36,004 bases of DNA from Trichomonas gallinae. Lineage: Eukaryota. Positions 20,352 to 30,593 of the stretch are shown here, one piece after another (position 1 is the stretch's first letter; every line of letters begins with the position of its first letter). The notes under the pieces were generated by a model. The model had not been told where the DNA came from. It searched no databases and saw only the letters and a program-made list of their open reading frames with translations. The stretch is from the NCBI GenBank assembly GCA_008369845.1, contig MRSU01001136.1, positions 1 through 36,004 of the forward strand. Direction: 5' to 3'. Both the position numbers and the translations under genes were made by a program.

Positions 20352-20651
20352 CTTGTTTATAAATATTTAGAGTAATATTAGTTCATTAATTTATTTTTCT
20401 AAAATTATTTACACAATTAATCAAAATATAAGAAAATTAATGTCTAATAGCGACAAAAATGACTAATATATGACACAAAGATTTGGATTTCTATTATTCA
20501 TGAAAAAATAACAATTTTGACATTTGTCAAAAAAAGTCAAAATGTCATTTTTTTAGAAATTCCACCATAAAAAAGTATCGAAGAATTAATTTTCATAATG
20601 AGATAAAAATAACACTTTAAACAAACAAAATAAACAAGTAATATAAAATAA

Positions 20652-23600
20652 TCAATTTTCGAAATCACATTTTTCGTTGATCCAATCTTTGCGGCCTTCG
20701 AATCCTTTAGTGTCGATGTCGCTCAAGCCGAAGTATGAAATGAATGCACTTCGAGCTTTAGACATTCTTGCGTATGAAAGGAAATGCTCTTCACTTTGAA
20801 GGTATTCTATTGCTCGATGGTAAACTTTGACGAGGCGCTGAACATCTTTAAGTATACGTATAGCCATCTGCTTTGCAATTTCAGCACCACCTTTCTCGCT
20901 CAAAATCTTGAGCACGTAGAAAAGTGAATACCTAGGTCCATGAACAGAGTCCAAAACATAAGCTATGCATCTCATATCTCTCTCGATATCTAGCTTGTAG
21001 TCACCAATTAGACTTGATACATTACGTGTAGGGAAGAATCTCTCGAATCCTTCTGCAAGAACAGACAAAATAAATGAAAGTCTGTCTGTTTCTAAATCAG
21101 CATGATGCATCAGAGATATATTGACTTCTTTGACGTCAACAATAGGAGAATACGAAACATATCTTGGTAAAAAATGCTTAGTCGTGTACTGTGTTAATGT
21201 AATGTCTTTGCTGTCGTATGATTCAACTGACTTGAGCATTGCTGCTTCTGGAGTGGATCTGAAAATGCGCCATGCATGGCTGTGCTCCGTATGATTTGTC
21301 TCTGGGTCATACTGACGGACGATTGTACCATTTGGAAGACTGGCATTTGGATCTATATCAACAACTGTTATAGTGTCACGTACAACAATGAACTTTTGGA
21401 GTGCATCAAATGTTGCTGACGCCGACAAAGAAAGATTTTTATAGATAATATCAGTGTCCTTGGAAAGTTCGCTGACTTTAGAATAGTCAGAGCAACTCAA
21501 AGCAGCCCTTATCTGCATCGAGCGAACGCAGCGGAGTGTATAGTACATTTTAGCTTGAACACCGAGATCATAAGCTTCTTGTAATGCATTTTGCAATAAA
21601 TTCATATCGAAATCTTGTGAAACGACCTTGAAATCTTCGCTGATCTGATCGAAATCAATTTGAGTTTCTATCATTACACTTGGAATGAACTCAAAGTCGC
21701 GCGGGAAAATAGGCAATGATGGAGAAAGTGATGATAACGAAATCGGTTGACAAACAATTAAATTGTGTTGTACAGGAAGAGAAGCGTGAGATGAAAGTCT
21801 CTTGTTTTCGTGATCAATGACAGTAGATATCAAAGCACATACGTGTAATTGTGCAACGAATGCTGATGAAAAACATTTGTTGTGAATATTGGTTTGAACG
21901 ATTTCTTTCAGCCATTTCATCCTCATTGAAGGGTATAGAGAATATTGATTTGCGATTCTCATAATGAACTCGCATCTGCTTGTAACTTCATGAGCTGAAT
22001 TACGAAGTGAAGTAACAAGCTCGATTATATTCATCGCTGTTTCGAATTTAGATGAAATTTCTTGCATGAAATCTTGATCGTTAAAAGATTCTGATTTTTC
22101 TATTATTCGTTCGCACATAATTCTGTACATTGGAATTTTATCAACTGGTAACGCAAACAAAACTGTTGCAAGGTAATCGAAAAAGGCAGCACCACTAATT
22201 AAACAATGTTTTTTCGCGTGGAATTCTGCCTTGAAGAAAAGTAAAATTAGTGATGTAGCGAAGCATCTTGCGATGTGTTGCTTCTTAGATAAAAGTGGCA
22301 ACAACTTGGACAAAAGAAGTTTTTGGTCTGGATATCTACTGATTATTTGAACAACACAGATGAAAATTCTCGGGAAATTTGTCGGTACTTGATAATCAGA
22401 AGAAAACAGAGAAGACAAAAGATTAATGATATGATCAACGCAGTTTCCAAAATAGTCTATGTTTGTTGAGATAAACATGAGAATTCTCTTCGTGAGATCA
22501 TAAACTAGCCCGCAATTTGGCGCTGAAGCGGGTGTCATTAAACTGTTGCACGTTTCGAAAGCTGACATGATGAACTTTAAAATTGCTTTTTGATGCTGCG
22601 CATCAACCGAACGGAAATAAACGTGTAACTGTAGTCTCGGAATATATCCCATCAAAAACGTAATGCATGGAAGCAATATTTGCTTTGCTGAATCATCTAA
22701 AACTTTCACGTAATTTCGCGCTAAAATATCAAAAACTGGGAACAAGGCATAACCTACTCTGAATCTGTCTCTTATCTCCAATGTTTCTATCGAAATAGTC
22801 ATGTCTGTAATAAAAGTAGCACATATATGAATCAAATCGATATTATTTGATTGGAATGTTCTGTCAAAAACTGCCATAAGTAACGATAAGGTTGGCTGGA
22901 ATGGAGAAATCCAGTTTTTGCCAATCGGTTTGACAGGAATTTTCTGGCTCAAGAAGAAAACGAAATCATTCCAACGGCTGAATGGCTCCATGAACTCAAA
23001 AATAGCTTCCAAAGAGTACCTTTGCTCATTCAGTGCCAAAAGACTGGATATGTATCTGTTGATTATTGGTATCATTGTTTTCGCGTCAATCAAAGATGAA
23101 AAAATGCTGACTATCTGGCCGAAATAGCCGCAGAAATTGCCTAGTTCTGATTGCTGGCCTATCTTTATTATCCAGCACGTGAAGTCTATGAGTCTGTTTA
23201 AAAGAGTAATCAGGCTTTGTGGCACCCATGTTTCTGTCTTTTTGAGGAAAGAAATAAGCAATATAACAGAAATAATGTCGATGTTCCTCAAAATGTTTTT
23301 CATCGTCACCAAGTCGCCTTTGATGACTTCCTGGAGGAGCTGGTCAAGTGAATTAGTGAATGACGACAAAAAGTTGTGCTTCATGATGCTCGGATCGAAG
23401 TAATGATAGATCCAAGAGCGAAGCAGAGTGTTCCATTCTTTATCATTGTCAAACATAGTGAAAAGATTGACAACCAACTGAATTGTTTGCGGTGATATAA
23501 TTGATAGGAGTTTGGCTACAACAGGGAGAAGCTGGCTCTTGAGAATCGGCATCGGAAGATTGGCAATTGTTTCCCATTTCACTTGCATTGGAACTAAACA

Positions 23601-25079
23601 CTCAGAAAGCTCTTTAAATTGTGGCTGAAGGATGAATGATGCTGGGATATCAATGTAAAATGAAACTGTCGATTGTGATTGAGCTTTAACTAATTTAATT
23701 AGATAATCAATTGGTATGTTTTTCACATGATTTGTTGGATATGTCTTGTAGCCTGTTGAAATAACCTTGTCTTTCATCAATTCGACAATTGCAGATTTAT
23801 AAACAATAATTTTTTGCTGTTTATATATGAGGAACTGGATAATAAAGTGGCTTTCTGGTTCTAATTCTGCCTGTGGGAAGTATCTAACAACATCTGGGAA
23901 CACAACATGCTTATCTGGCAGAACTGTAAAAGATTCATAACATTTTACAAGATTTCCGCCTTCTTTAGGTACAAAGCCTATCAAACCGTCTGGATTGTTC
24001 ATGTTTGTTTGAACTTCGCTCATAAAAACGCGAAACCCGACAACACAGCCTTCTGTTGCTTTGCTAAACGTAAACGAGATGTTAGATAGTGTAATAACTG
24101 GTCTTGTATCGAATACCTTTGATTGACAGTTTAAAGCAAGAAATGGATAATCAAATCTGAATTTAGACGAAAACTGACAAACAGGGACGTCTTTGATATC
24201 TAATTTCTTAATAATTACTCTTCCTACCAATAGTATTGATACATCATCAACAGTTGGCGCAATTCCAACTTTCGACATCGCATCTGAAGGATCGACAGCA
24301 GAAAACGTAGTAACAAATCCTGTATCTTCTGTTGGAGGAAAGATTGGAATAAATGATGTCGCAAATGGAACATTTGACGGGAGTTTGTTATTTGAGCCAT
24401 TTTTAGGAACAAAGCCTAATTTGTAAGATTCTAGCTTCTCAACATCATTGTTAAATAAGATACAAGCCAAAACAATGTTTGGATTATCATTTGGAATTCG
24501 AAAATAGATTGTATCAGATTTGGCAACAATGAATTGAATATTCATGTCATTGTATATAAAATAAACTGATTCTGATATCGGAAGTCGTTGATTTGTATCA
24601 AAAAGAAAAATTATGCCAGAATAATCTGTTAATGTTTTCATACTGCCATGTATAGTGAATGACTTAATTTGGACTGACAGATATTGATAGAATAAAGGAT
24701 CATATGTCGGCGGTATTTTAATTTTGATTTGTTTGCTCGGTCTGTATGAAGAAATTGATGATACAGGCTCTATATTGTAAGATATATCAGTTAAAAAAGG
24801 CTCTCGTGCTTTAGCGATAAATTGATCTAATACTTCGCCATCTAATTTGTTTGGATAAATATTTTTATCGTCGTTATTAAGATTGTACTCGTTGTTGTGT
24901 AATTCTGTGTTTGGATCTGGTAATTCTGGAAAATCGACGAATTCATAAGAAAATTTTGGTTTTTCCATGAATCTTTTTACCCAATCGGTTTGAACAAGAC
25001 TTGTATCGAATGACATCTCTTCGTGAGCCGAAAACTTCGGATCAACTTCCTCCAAAAGAGGAGATGAGATGATATTCAT
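20652..25079 (-). CDS. DOCK-family (zizimin/DOCK-C/D-like) Rho GEF, divergent
   Basis: A C2/DHR-1-like segment (VVFPDVVR..HFIIQF), a helical middle region and the DHR-2 lobe A motif IMRIANQYSLYPSMRMKWL...AFVAQLHVCALI. TQYTTKHFLPRYVSYSPIV resembles lobe B. Confidence 0.8.
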   Translation of the reverse strand: MNIISSPLLEEVDPKFSAHEEMSFDTSLVQTDWVKRFMEKPKFSYEFVDFPELPDPNTELHNNEYNLNNDDKNIYPNKLDGEVLDQFIAKAREPFLTDISYNIEPVSSISSYRPSKQIKIKIPPTYDPLFYQYLSVQIKSFTIHGSMKTLTDYSGIIFLFDTNQRLPISESVYFIYNDMNIQFIVAKSDTIYFRIPNDNPNIVLACILFNNDVEKLESYKLGFVPKNGSNNKLPSNVPFATSFIPIFPPTEDTGFVTTFSAVDPSDAMSKVGIAPTVDDVSILLVGRVIIKKLDIKDVPVCQFSSKFRFDYPFLALNCQSKVFDTRPVITLSNISFTFSKATEGCVVGFRVFMSEVQTNMNNPDGLIGFVPKEGGNLVKCYESFTVLPDKHVVFPDVVRYFPQAELEPESHFIIQFLIYKQQKIIVYKSAIVELMKDKVISTGYKTYPTNHVKNIPIDYLIKLVKAQSQSTVSFYIDIPASFILQPQFKELSECLVPMQVKWETIANLPMPILKSQLLPVVAKLLSIISPQTIQLVVNLFTMFDNDKEWNTLLRSWIYHYFDPSIMKHNFLSSFTNSLDQLLQEVIKGDLVTMKNILRNIDIISVILLISFLKKTETWVPQSLITLLNRLIDFTCWIIKIGQQSELGNFCGYFGQIVSIFSSLIDAKTMIPIINRYISSLLALNEQRYSLEAIFEFMEPFSRWNDFVFFLSQKIPVKPIGKNWISPFQPTLSLLMAVFDRTFQSNNIDLIHICATFITDMTISIETLEIRDRFRVGYALFPVFDILARNYVKVLDDSAKQILLPCITFLMGYIPRLQLHVYFRSVDAQHQKAILKFIMSAFETCNSLMTPASAPNCGLVYDLTKRILMFISTNIDYFGNCVDHIINLLSSLFSSDYQVPTNFPRIFICVVQIISRYPDQKLLLSKLLPLLSKKQHIARCFATSLILLFFKAEFHAKKHCLISGAAFFDYLATVLFALPVDKIPMYRIMCERIIEKSESFNDQDFMQEISSKFETAMNIIELVTSLRNSAHEVTSRCEFIMRIANQYSLYPSMRMKWLKEIVQTNIHNKCFSSAFVAQLHVCALISTVIDHENKRLSSHASLPVQHNLIVCQPISLSSLSPSLPIFPRDFEFIPSVMIETQIDFDQISEDFKVVSQDFDMNLLQNALQEAYDLGVQAKMYYTLRCVRSMQIRAALSCSDYSKVSELSKDTDIIYKNLSLSASATFDALQKFIVVRDTITVVDIDPNASLPNGTIVRQYDPETNHTEHSHAWRIFRSTPEAAMLKSVESYDSKDITLTQYTTKHFLPRYVSYSPIVDVKEVNISLMHHADLETDRLSFILSVLAEGFERFFPTRNVSSLIGDYKLDIERDMRCIAYVLDSVHGPRYSLFYVLKILSEKGGAEIAKQMAIRILKDVQRLVKVYHRAIEYLQSEEHFLSYARMSKARSAFISYFGLSDIDTKGFEGRKDWINEKCDFEN

Positions 25080-25091
25080 ATTTTTATAACA

Positions 25092-25098
25092 AAAGTGA
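25092..25098 (-). promoter_or_regulatory. Inr-like element of the DOCK gene
   Basis: TCACTTT on the minus strand, about 17 nt upstream of ATG 25079. Confidence 0.6.
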
Positions 25099-26187
25099 AA
25101 GCAATGACAGAAAAAGGAATGAACTAAACGAACACATACTGTTTCTGCTAATTTTTTGATTCAAAATTTTTTTATTCAATTTTAAAAAATATCTCGAAAT
25201 CTAATGTCCCTAGATGTATTTTCATGACTTGCTAGTCCTTCTTATAAATATTCTGCATTCAATAAGGCTCTATATTACAAAATTAATTTCAAAAATTTTA
25301 AATACAATAAATGAATCCACATAAAACAAATCATCCACTAAAGTCATGAATATGGCTATAAATATATGTAATGTTACATATATGATTACCAATATAGATA
25401 AAATATTGTGCCAAATGAAGTTTAATTTGATTACATTCATGTATATATGCCATATATCATTATTTTACATATAAAACCCAGCAATTTTTATTTTGCCATT
25501 TGACATGTAAAATACCCCTTAAAAATGTTGGTAAGCCCTAACTAATTGGAATCAAACAAAGATGTTCAATTTCGGACCATTATGGTGTAACGTTTTATGG
25601 TTGCATATTCATGATGTCGCCATTTTTTAAAAGCACCAACACTGCGGATAATCATAGTACTAAGCTTTTTTTAGAGTCTTAGTCCCCATGACTCCAACAA
25701 CAGCCAATAATTTACAATAATTGATTTTGTCTCGACAATTTCGCGATTTGTTTTGATCATACAACTCAAAATGGCCGTAGTGTTAATTGTAAATACAAAA
25801 ATTTGAAATACAAAGTTAAAATGATAGTAAATATTGCAATATTTTAGGAATCCGACATGTACTTTTGCAAAACCATTAAGAGAATATTTGTATGATTTAC
25901 ATATCAGATTGTGTCATTTTTGCCAAAATTTTACGAAACATGATGTCTCAATTTTTGGTTTTTAAAGAATTATCACATATAGATATATTTTATCTTCTGT
26001 GTTTTGCTATAGTCACTATAGATATAAGTTCCCCGAAAACCAAATAGTGATCGTAAAAAAACAAAATTATTTTAGCAGCTTCACTTATTAGGTAAATTAA
26101 TGAATTTATGCAGTTATAGGGGAAACACTACAGTTAAAAATATACGCTTTATTTATAGACAAAAAATATTAAAAACATAAAAAATAA

Positions 26188-29100
26188 TTAAATATCATCA
26201 GGTGGTTGTGGCTGTAACTGCTGCATCTGCTGCATTTGATATAGGTTCTGATTTAGTTGGCTTCTGGCGGTGACTCTATCCATTATTCTATCAAGCTGTT
26301 TCTGTGGCATGCTGAGAACTTCTTTGATTGTTTCTGGTTGAAGGTTCAGTGCCTTTAGCGCATTTGTCTGCTGCTCCTTGATCTGCTGTCTTGCTTTTTC
26401 GCGAATTGTTCTCTCTCTTTCGCGCTCCTTTTCTTTGAATGCTGCTTCTCTGTAAGTTTCGACAATGTCAGGAGGAATTTCTAAGTCCGGCCTCTTCCCT
26501 TCAATGAAATCTTTGACTATGCGCAATGTGTGCCTTGTGCAACTCTTTGGAGACCTTCCTGGTATCAAATCAGACAGTCTCTTCCACTTAGTCCTTGAGT
26601 CCTTGAACTCAATGAGAAGTTTTATTAACAGAGCGTCTTCTTGCGCTGTCCAATAAGGTGTCGATTTAGGTGCTTGTGGTTTTACCGGGTTGACAGCCAA
26701 TGGTATTGCAATCTGTTGTGGCGGTGGAGGGGCTGCAACTGCCACGACAACTTGCTGCTGTGGGCCAGCCTGAACAACAGCCTGCTGAAGCTGAGCTAGC
26801 GGAATTGCAATCTGCTGATTTTGTCCAAACGGAATGACAACCTGTTGCGATGCGACTGGAATAATAACCTGTTGCTGTGGGACTTGTTGAAGTTGTTGTT
26901 GTGGAATCAGTTGAGGTGGTGGTTGTGATTGTGGAAGCTGCTGCTGTGGCTGTGGCTGTTGCGGTGTTTGTGGTTGTGGCTGTGACTGTGGCAGCTGCTG
27001 CTGTTGCTGTGGTTGTGATTTCGCACTGTATGTTATTTCCAATGACGAAATGTCACGTCGTACTTCTTCTAGTTTTGCATTAAGAATTGCTATCTGTTTG
27101 GCAAGTACATACTGTTGGTAGCATTGTAAATTCGTCAATTGCTTTCCATTTTGTTTGAGCAATGCCGAGTATTGCATAAATTGAGTTGTTTCTGTGGGAT
27201 TCATCTCCGGTATCTGCTGGTTTCCTTTTGGTATCGATTTGAGAAGAAGCTTCTGCTGATTCGTAAGATTTTCTATCTGATATTGAATTTCTGATTCTCT
27301 AGTCTTGAGCTTTTGGATAGGCTTAGGAACATGCTTTGTTTGATTATTTTGTTGTTTTTCTGGTTCTAGTTGCAAATTTAATTTCGCAGATCTTTTTGCT
27401 GTGGATTCTTCATTCTTTTGGGCCCAAACTGGAACCACAGACTTCTTTGGCTCTTCTGCAGGTTTGCTTTCTGATTCTGGTTTGTTGACATTGCTGAGAA
27501 GTTTTGCTCTTAAGTATTCGAAATCTGTTTCTGGTGTTTTTGCAGGTTGGATTGGTTTGGACTGCCCTGGTTTAGGAACAATTGGTGCTTGTTCTTGTTT
27601 TGGTTCTGGTTTTGGCCTTGATTTTGGTTTTTGTTCATGTTTTGGTTGTACTGGAATCGGATTAATCGGTTTAACTCCTTTCTTGGGCTGGATTGCAATC
27701 CATTCAGGCACCATAGCTGCGAAAACTGAATCAGATAATGCATTCATTCGAGATTCAAGAGCGAGTTCAACTGGTGGATATTTGAGTCTCATCATATCGT
27801 TTTGCTGATATATTTCTTTAATGAAATCAGGAGTCTCGGCATAAGAAACAATTACATCAGACGACGAAGGTTTCTGTGTTCCTATGAACACTGGGTCAGG
27901 AATTTCTTCATCTGTTGATTCTGCTTTGGACGATTGTCTCGATTTTCCATAAAATGACTTCGGATCAATATTAAGTGGTGATTTTTCTCTTGATTTCGCG
28001 TCATTTTCTGAAGTTGAGATAGATTGTGGCTTTTGTTCATTTGTTGAATTAATTTCAGGTGCAGGAACTTGATCTGGCACTATAATTGGCTCACTGAAAC
28101 CATTGTCGATTATACCAGTATCAATTCCATCTGTTTTAATTGGTAGAGAAATGAGATTTTCCGTATCAATTAATTCTTCTTTAGTAGATTCTGTTTCTGT
28201 TTGTGGTTTTGTTATTTGTGCATGCAAATCTTTTTCGTTTTCTTGTTTGTTTGATTGTGATTGAAGTGAAGAAGTTTCATCGCAATCAATAAGAATGGGA
28301 ACATCTTCATCATCATCTTCTTCTGATTGATCAGGTTGTGGCTGTTGTTTATCGGTTGAATTATGAACTAAATTATCATCGGGTTCTTCCGCTGTCACTT
28401 CTTCTGTTGCATCTAGTGTTGTTGCTGAATGTTCTGCTGTGTTTATTGTTTCTTCTGTTGTTTCATGAGTTGAATTTTCTTCATTTTCCTGCGTTGTTGC
28501 TGTTAAATCACTATCATGAGGTTCCTGGATGATTTCTGGAAGATTTTCCTGTTCTGGAGACTCCTTGGCATTATTTTCTTCTGTTGAAATTTCTTGATTT
28601 TCTGATTCTCGTTTTGGCTGTCCTTCAGTTTGCTGTGGTTCGTGATTTTCATCTGGCTTTGGCTCTGAGATTATATTTTCATCCACTGGAGCTTCTGGTT
28701 CGTGATTCGTATTTTCTTGATTTTGTTTTTGTTTCTCTTCTGATTCTTCTAAAAGTACATCTTCTAAATTTTCTTGAACAAGGTTTTCGTCCAAAGGAGC
28801 CTCATCTTCATGCTTTTGTTCAGTATTTTCTTGACTTGCCTCGACATTTACTTGAGATTTTTCAAGATTTTCTTGAGAATTTTCAACATTTTCTTGAGAT
28901 TTTTCAGGCTTTTCTTGATTTGTTGGAGTTTGTTCTATATTTTCTGGAGAATTAACTCTTGATTCTATTGTGGGCTCATTTGCAGTATGTTCTGTCAAAG
29001 AATCTTGAGATTGATCATGATCTTGGGATAATTGTTGGCTTGCTTCCAGTGGAATCGAAATTTCTTCTTGATATGCAGGTGCTGGTTCCTTCTTAGGTGA

Positions 29101-30552
29101 TTGCTGTTTCTTTGGTTTGGTAGATTTCTTATTATTAAGAATTTGATCTGTCAACATGTTCAAAACTGGAGTTGTCTGTGGATATTTAGAGTTTGCCAGC
29201 TGAACAAGATAATTTTTGGCTTCTGGTGCAATCAAATTCGATCTGAAAGCATTTTGATAAGCAGCTGGATTAATTGCTGGAGTCATAGGAGCATTTGGCT
29301 TTATTATTGGCTGCTGATAAATCTGAGGATTCAGATTTATTATTGCTACACCCTCAATTTCGTTATTTGATTGAATCTGATCTTTAAGTTGCATTGCGAC
29401 TTCTGTTGATACACGGCCATTTGACCTGATTAACCTAATCAAATTGGGTAAATATTTAGGAACACCAATTGAATCATATCCAGGATCAAAAATTGTGCAG
29501 TCTGGGCAGCTATTGTAAAACACTTCTAACTGGCGTGATCTTATTATGAATCTTTTCACGTTTTTCCATCTGTTTGCAGCTTCATTTGGTGATTTTTTCA
29601 ACACAATGTCAACTTTTTTACCGACAATGCCATAATGATATAATTCCGAAAGGAGTCTTTCTTCTTCATGAGTCCATTTCGTTGCAGATCCTTGCCTTCC
29701 TGACATTTTTCTTCCAATATAATTTAAAATCCAGTGAATATATCCTTTTGTGAAGCCTGGGTATGATCTAATTATATCATCTATCGAACCATTTTTCTCT
29801 CTGAACTCTTTAATTAGATTTTTAACATCAAGTGTGTAATTCGGTAAAAATTTATTGAGTTTCTGAATGATTTGATGACAATCTGAGTTTTCATTGAATT
29901 CTTGACCTAAAATTCTATAGACTTCTTGAGGTATAACAGCATGTGTCGGGTAGAAAATATGTTGTGGAATTTTGTATCTATCGAAAATTTGTGAATTAAC
30001 TGCTGGATTTATTGCTGTCATTGGCTGTTGAGCTTGTTTCGGAGGCTGTGGTGGCGGAGGCGGTGAGTTTTCTGGTTTTTTGACATTTTCTACGCTATTT
30101 GAAGACTGCGATGCATATTTTGTCTGCTCATTTTGTTCAGTATCCGTACTTATAATTTTTGATGTAGATATTGAAGAAATTAAAGCAGATAATGCTTTGT
30201 CTGTATTATATTCGTTTTTAACTAGGGCTGAATATACATTCCTTAGCGGATATCCCATGTTAACGAGGTAATCAACGCGTTCTTTAATGTCTTCAGGTGG
30301 ATCTTTAGCTTCTACAGAATCATCTTCCTGTGGCGTGTAAAATTCAACGTCCAATGTAGATGCTTCTGTTATTCCTGCAGCTTTTAGAACTATTTCATCT
30401 TCTAAAACGTTTCCACTATATTTAATTTTAATACAATTAAATGGAATGAACAGTAATTTTGCTATTTGGCGCTTTGCATGTTCAACGGTCATGCCTGAGT
30501 TAATGCTCATTGCAATTATCTCTTCGATTGGTTTGCCCAGTTTAAAAAGCAT
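26188..30552 (-). CDS. Ubiquitin-like + UBA + two separated Myb/SANT domains, with acidic and Q/P-rich linkers
   Basis: Residues 1-72 are colinear with ubiquitin (TVEHAK..IPFNCIKIKYSGNVLED..GI). UBA: LVNMGYPLRNVYSALVKNEYNTDKALSAL. Myb: KWTHEEERLL..KKSPNEAANRW. C-terminal Myb: YWTAQEDALL..WKRLSDLIPGRSPKSC. Confidence 0.85.
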   Translation of the reverse strand: MLFKLGKPIEEIIAMSINSGMTVEHAKRQIAKLLFIPFNCIKIKYSGNVLEDEIVLKAAGITEASTLDVEFYTPQEDDSVEAKDPPEDIKERVDYLVNMGYPLRNVYSALVKNEYNTDKALSALISSISTSKIISTDTEQNEQTKYASQSSNSVENVKKPENSPPPPPQPPKQAQQPMTAINPAVNSQIFDRYKIPQHIFYPTHAVIPQEVYRILGQEFNENSDCHQIIQKLNKFLPNYTLDVKNLIKEFREKNGSIDDIIRSYPGFTKGYIHWILNYIGRKMSGRQGSATKWTHEEERLLSELYHYGIVGKKVDIVLKKSPNEAANRWKNVKRFIIRSRQLEVFYNSCPDCTIFDPGYDSIGVPKYLPNLIRLIRSNGRVSTEVAMQLKDQIQSNNEIEGVAIINLNPQIYQQPIIKPNAPMTPAINPAAYQNAFRSNLIAPEAKNYLVQLANSKYPQTTPVLNMLTDQILNNKKSTKPKKQQSPKKEPAPAYQEEISIPLEASQQLSQDHDQSQDSLTEHTANEPTIESRVNSPENIEQTPTNQEKPEKSQENVENSQENLEKSQVNVEASQENTEQKHEDEAPLDENLVQENLEDVLLEESEEKQKQNQENTNHEPEAPVDENIISEPKPDENHEPQQTEGQPKRESENQEISTEENNAKESPEQENLPEIIQEPHDSDLTATTQENEENSTHETTEETINTAEHSATTLDATEEVTAEEPDDNLVHNSTDKQQPQPDQSEEDDDEDVPILIDCDETSSLQSQSNKQENEKDLHAQITKPQTETESTKEELIDTENLISLPIKTDGIDTGIIDNGFSEPIIVPDQVPAPEINSTNEQKPQSISTSENDAKSREKSPLNIDPKSFYGKSRQSSKAESTDEEIPDPVFIGTQKPSSSDVIVSYAETPDFIKEIYQQNDMMRLKYPPVELALESRMNALSDSVFAAMVPEWIAIQPKKGVKPINPIPVQPKHEQKPKSRPKPEPKQEQAPIVPKPGQSKPIQPAKTPETDFEYLRAKLLSNVNKPESESKPAEEPKKSVVPVWAQKNEESTAKRSAKLNLQLEPEKQQNNQTKHVPKPIQKLKTRESEIQYQIENLTNQQKLLLKSIPKGNQQIPEMNPTETTQFMQYSALLKQNGKQLTNLQCYQQYVLAKQIAILNAKLEEVRRDISSLEITYSAKSQPQQQQQLPQSQPQPQTPQQPQPQQQLPQSQPPPQLIPQQQLQQVPQQQVIIPVASQQVVIPFGQNQQIAIPLAQLQQAVVQAGPQQQVVVAVAAPPPPQQIAIPLAVNPVKPQAPKSTPYWTAQEDALLIKLLIEFKDSRTKWKRLSDLIPGRSPKSCTRHTLRIVKDFIEGKRPDLEIPPDIVETYREAAFKEKERERERTIREKARQQIKEQQTNALKALNLQPETIKEVLSMPQKQLDRIMDRVTARSQLNQNLYQMQQMQQLQPQPPDDI
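28825..28918 (-). repeat. Degenerate 21-bp coding repeat (QENxEKS)
   Basis: QEKPEKS-QENVENS-QENLEKS-QVNVEAS-QEN. Confidence 0.7.
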
Positions 30553-30585
30553 CGAAAAGAGATTTACCGCCCAAGGAGACCAATA

Positions 30586-30593
30586 AAAGTGAC
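30586..30593. promoter_or_regulatory. AAAGTGAC / TCACTTT (M2-like or Inr) upstream of the Ubl-UBA-Myb gene
   Basis: Reads GTCACTTT on the coding strand, about 35 nt before ATG 30552. Confidence 0.45.

Noticed and set aside
26042..26053. AAATAGTGATCG shared with the MITE (18257-18268)
   Set aside because: An isolated 12-mer with no flanking similarity; probably chance.
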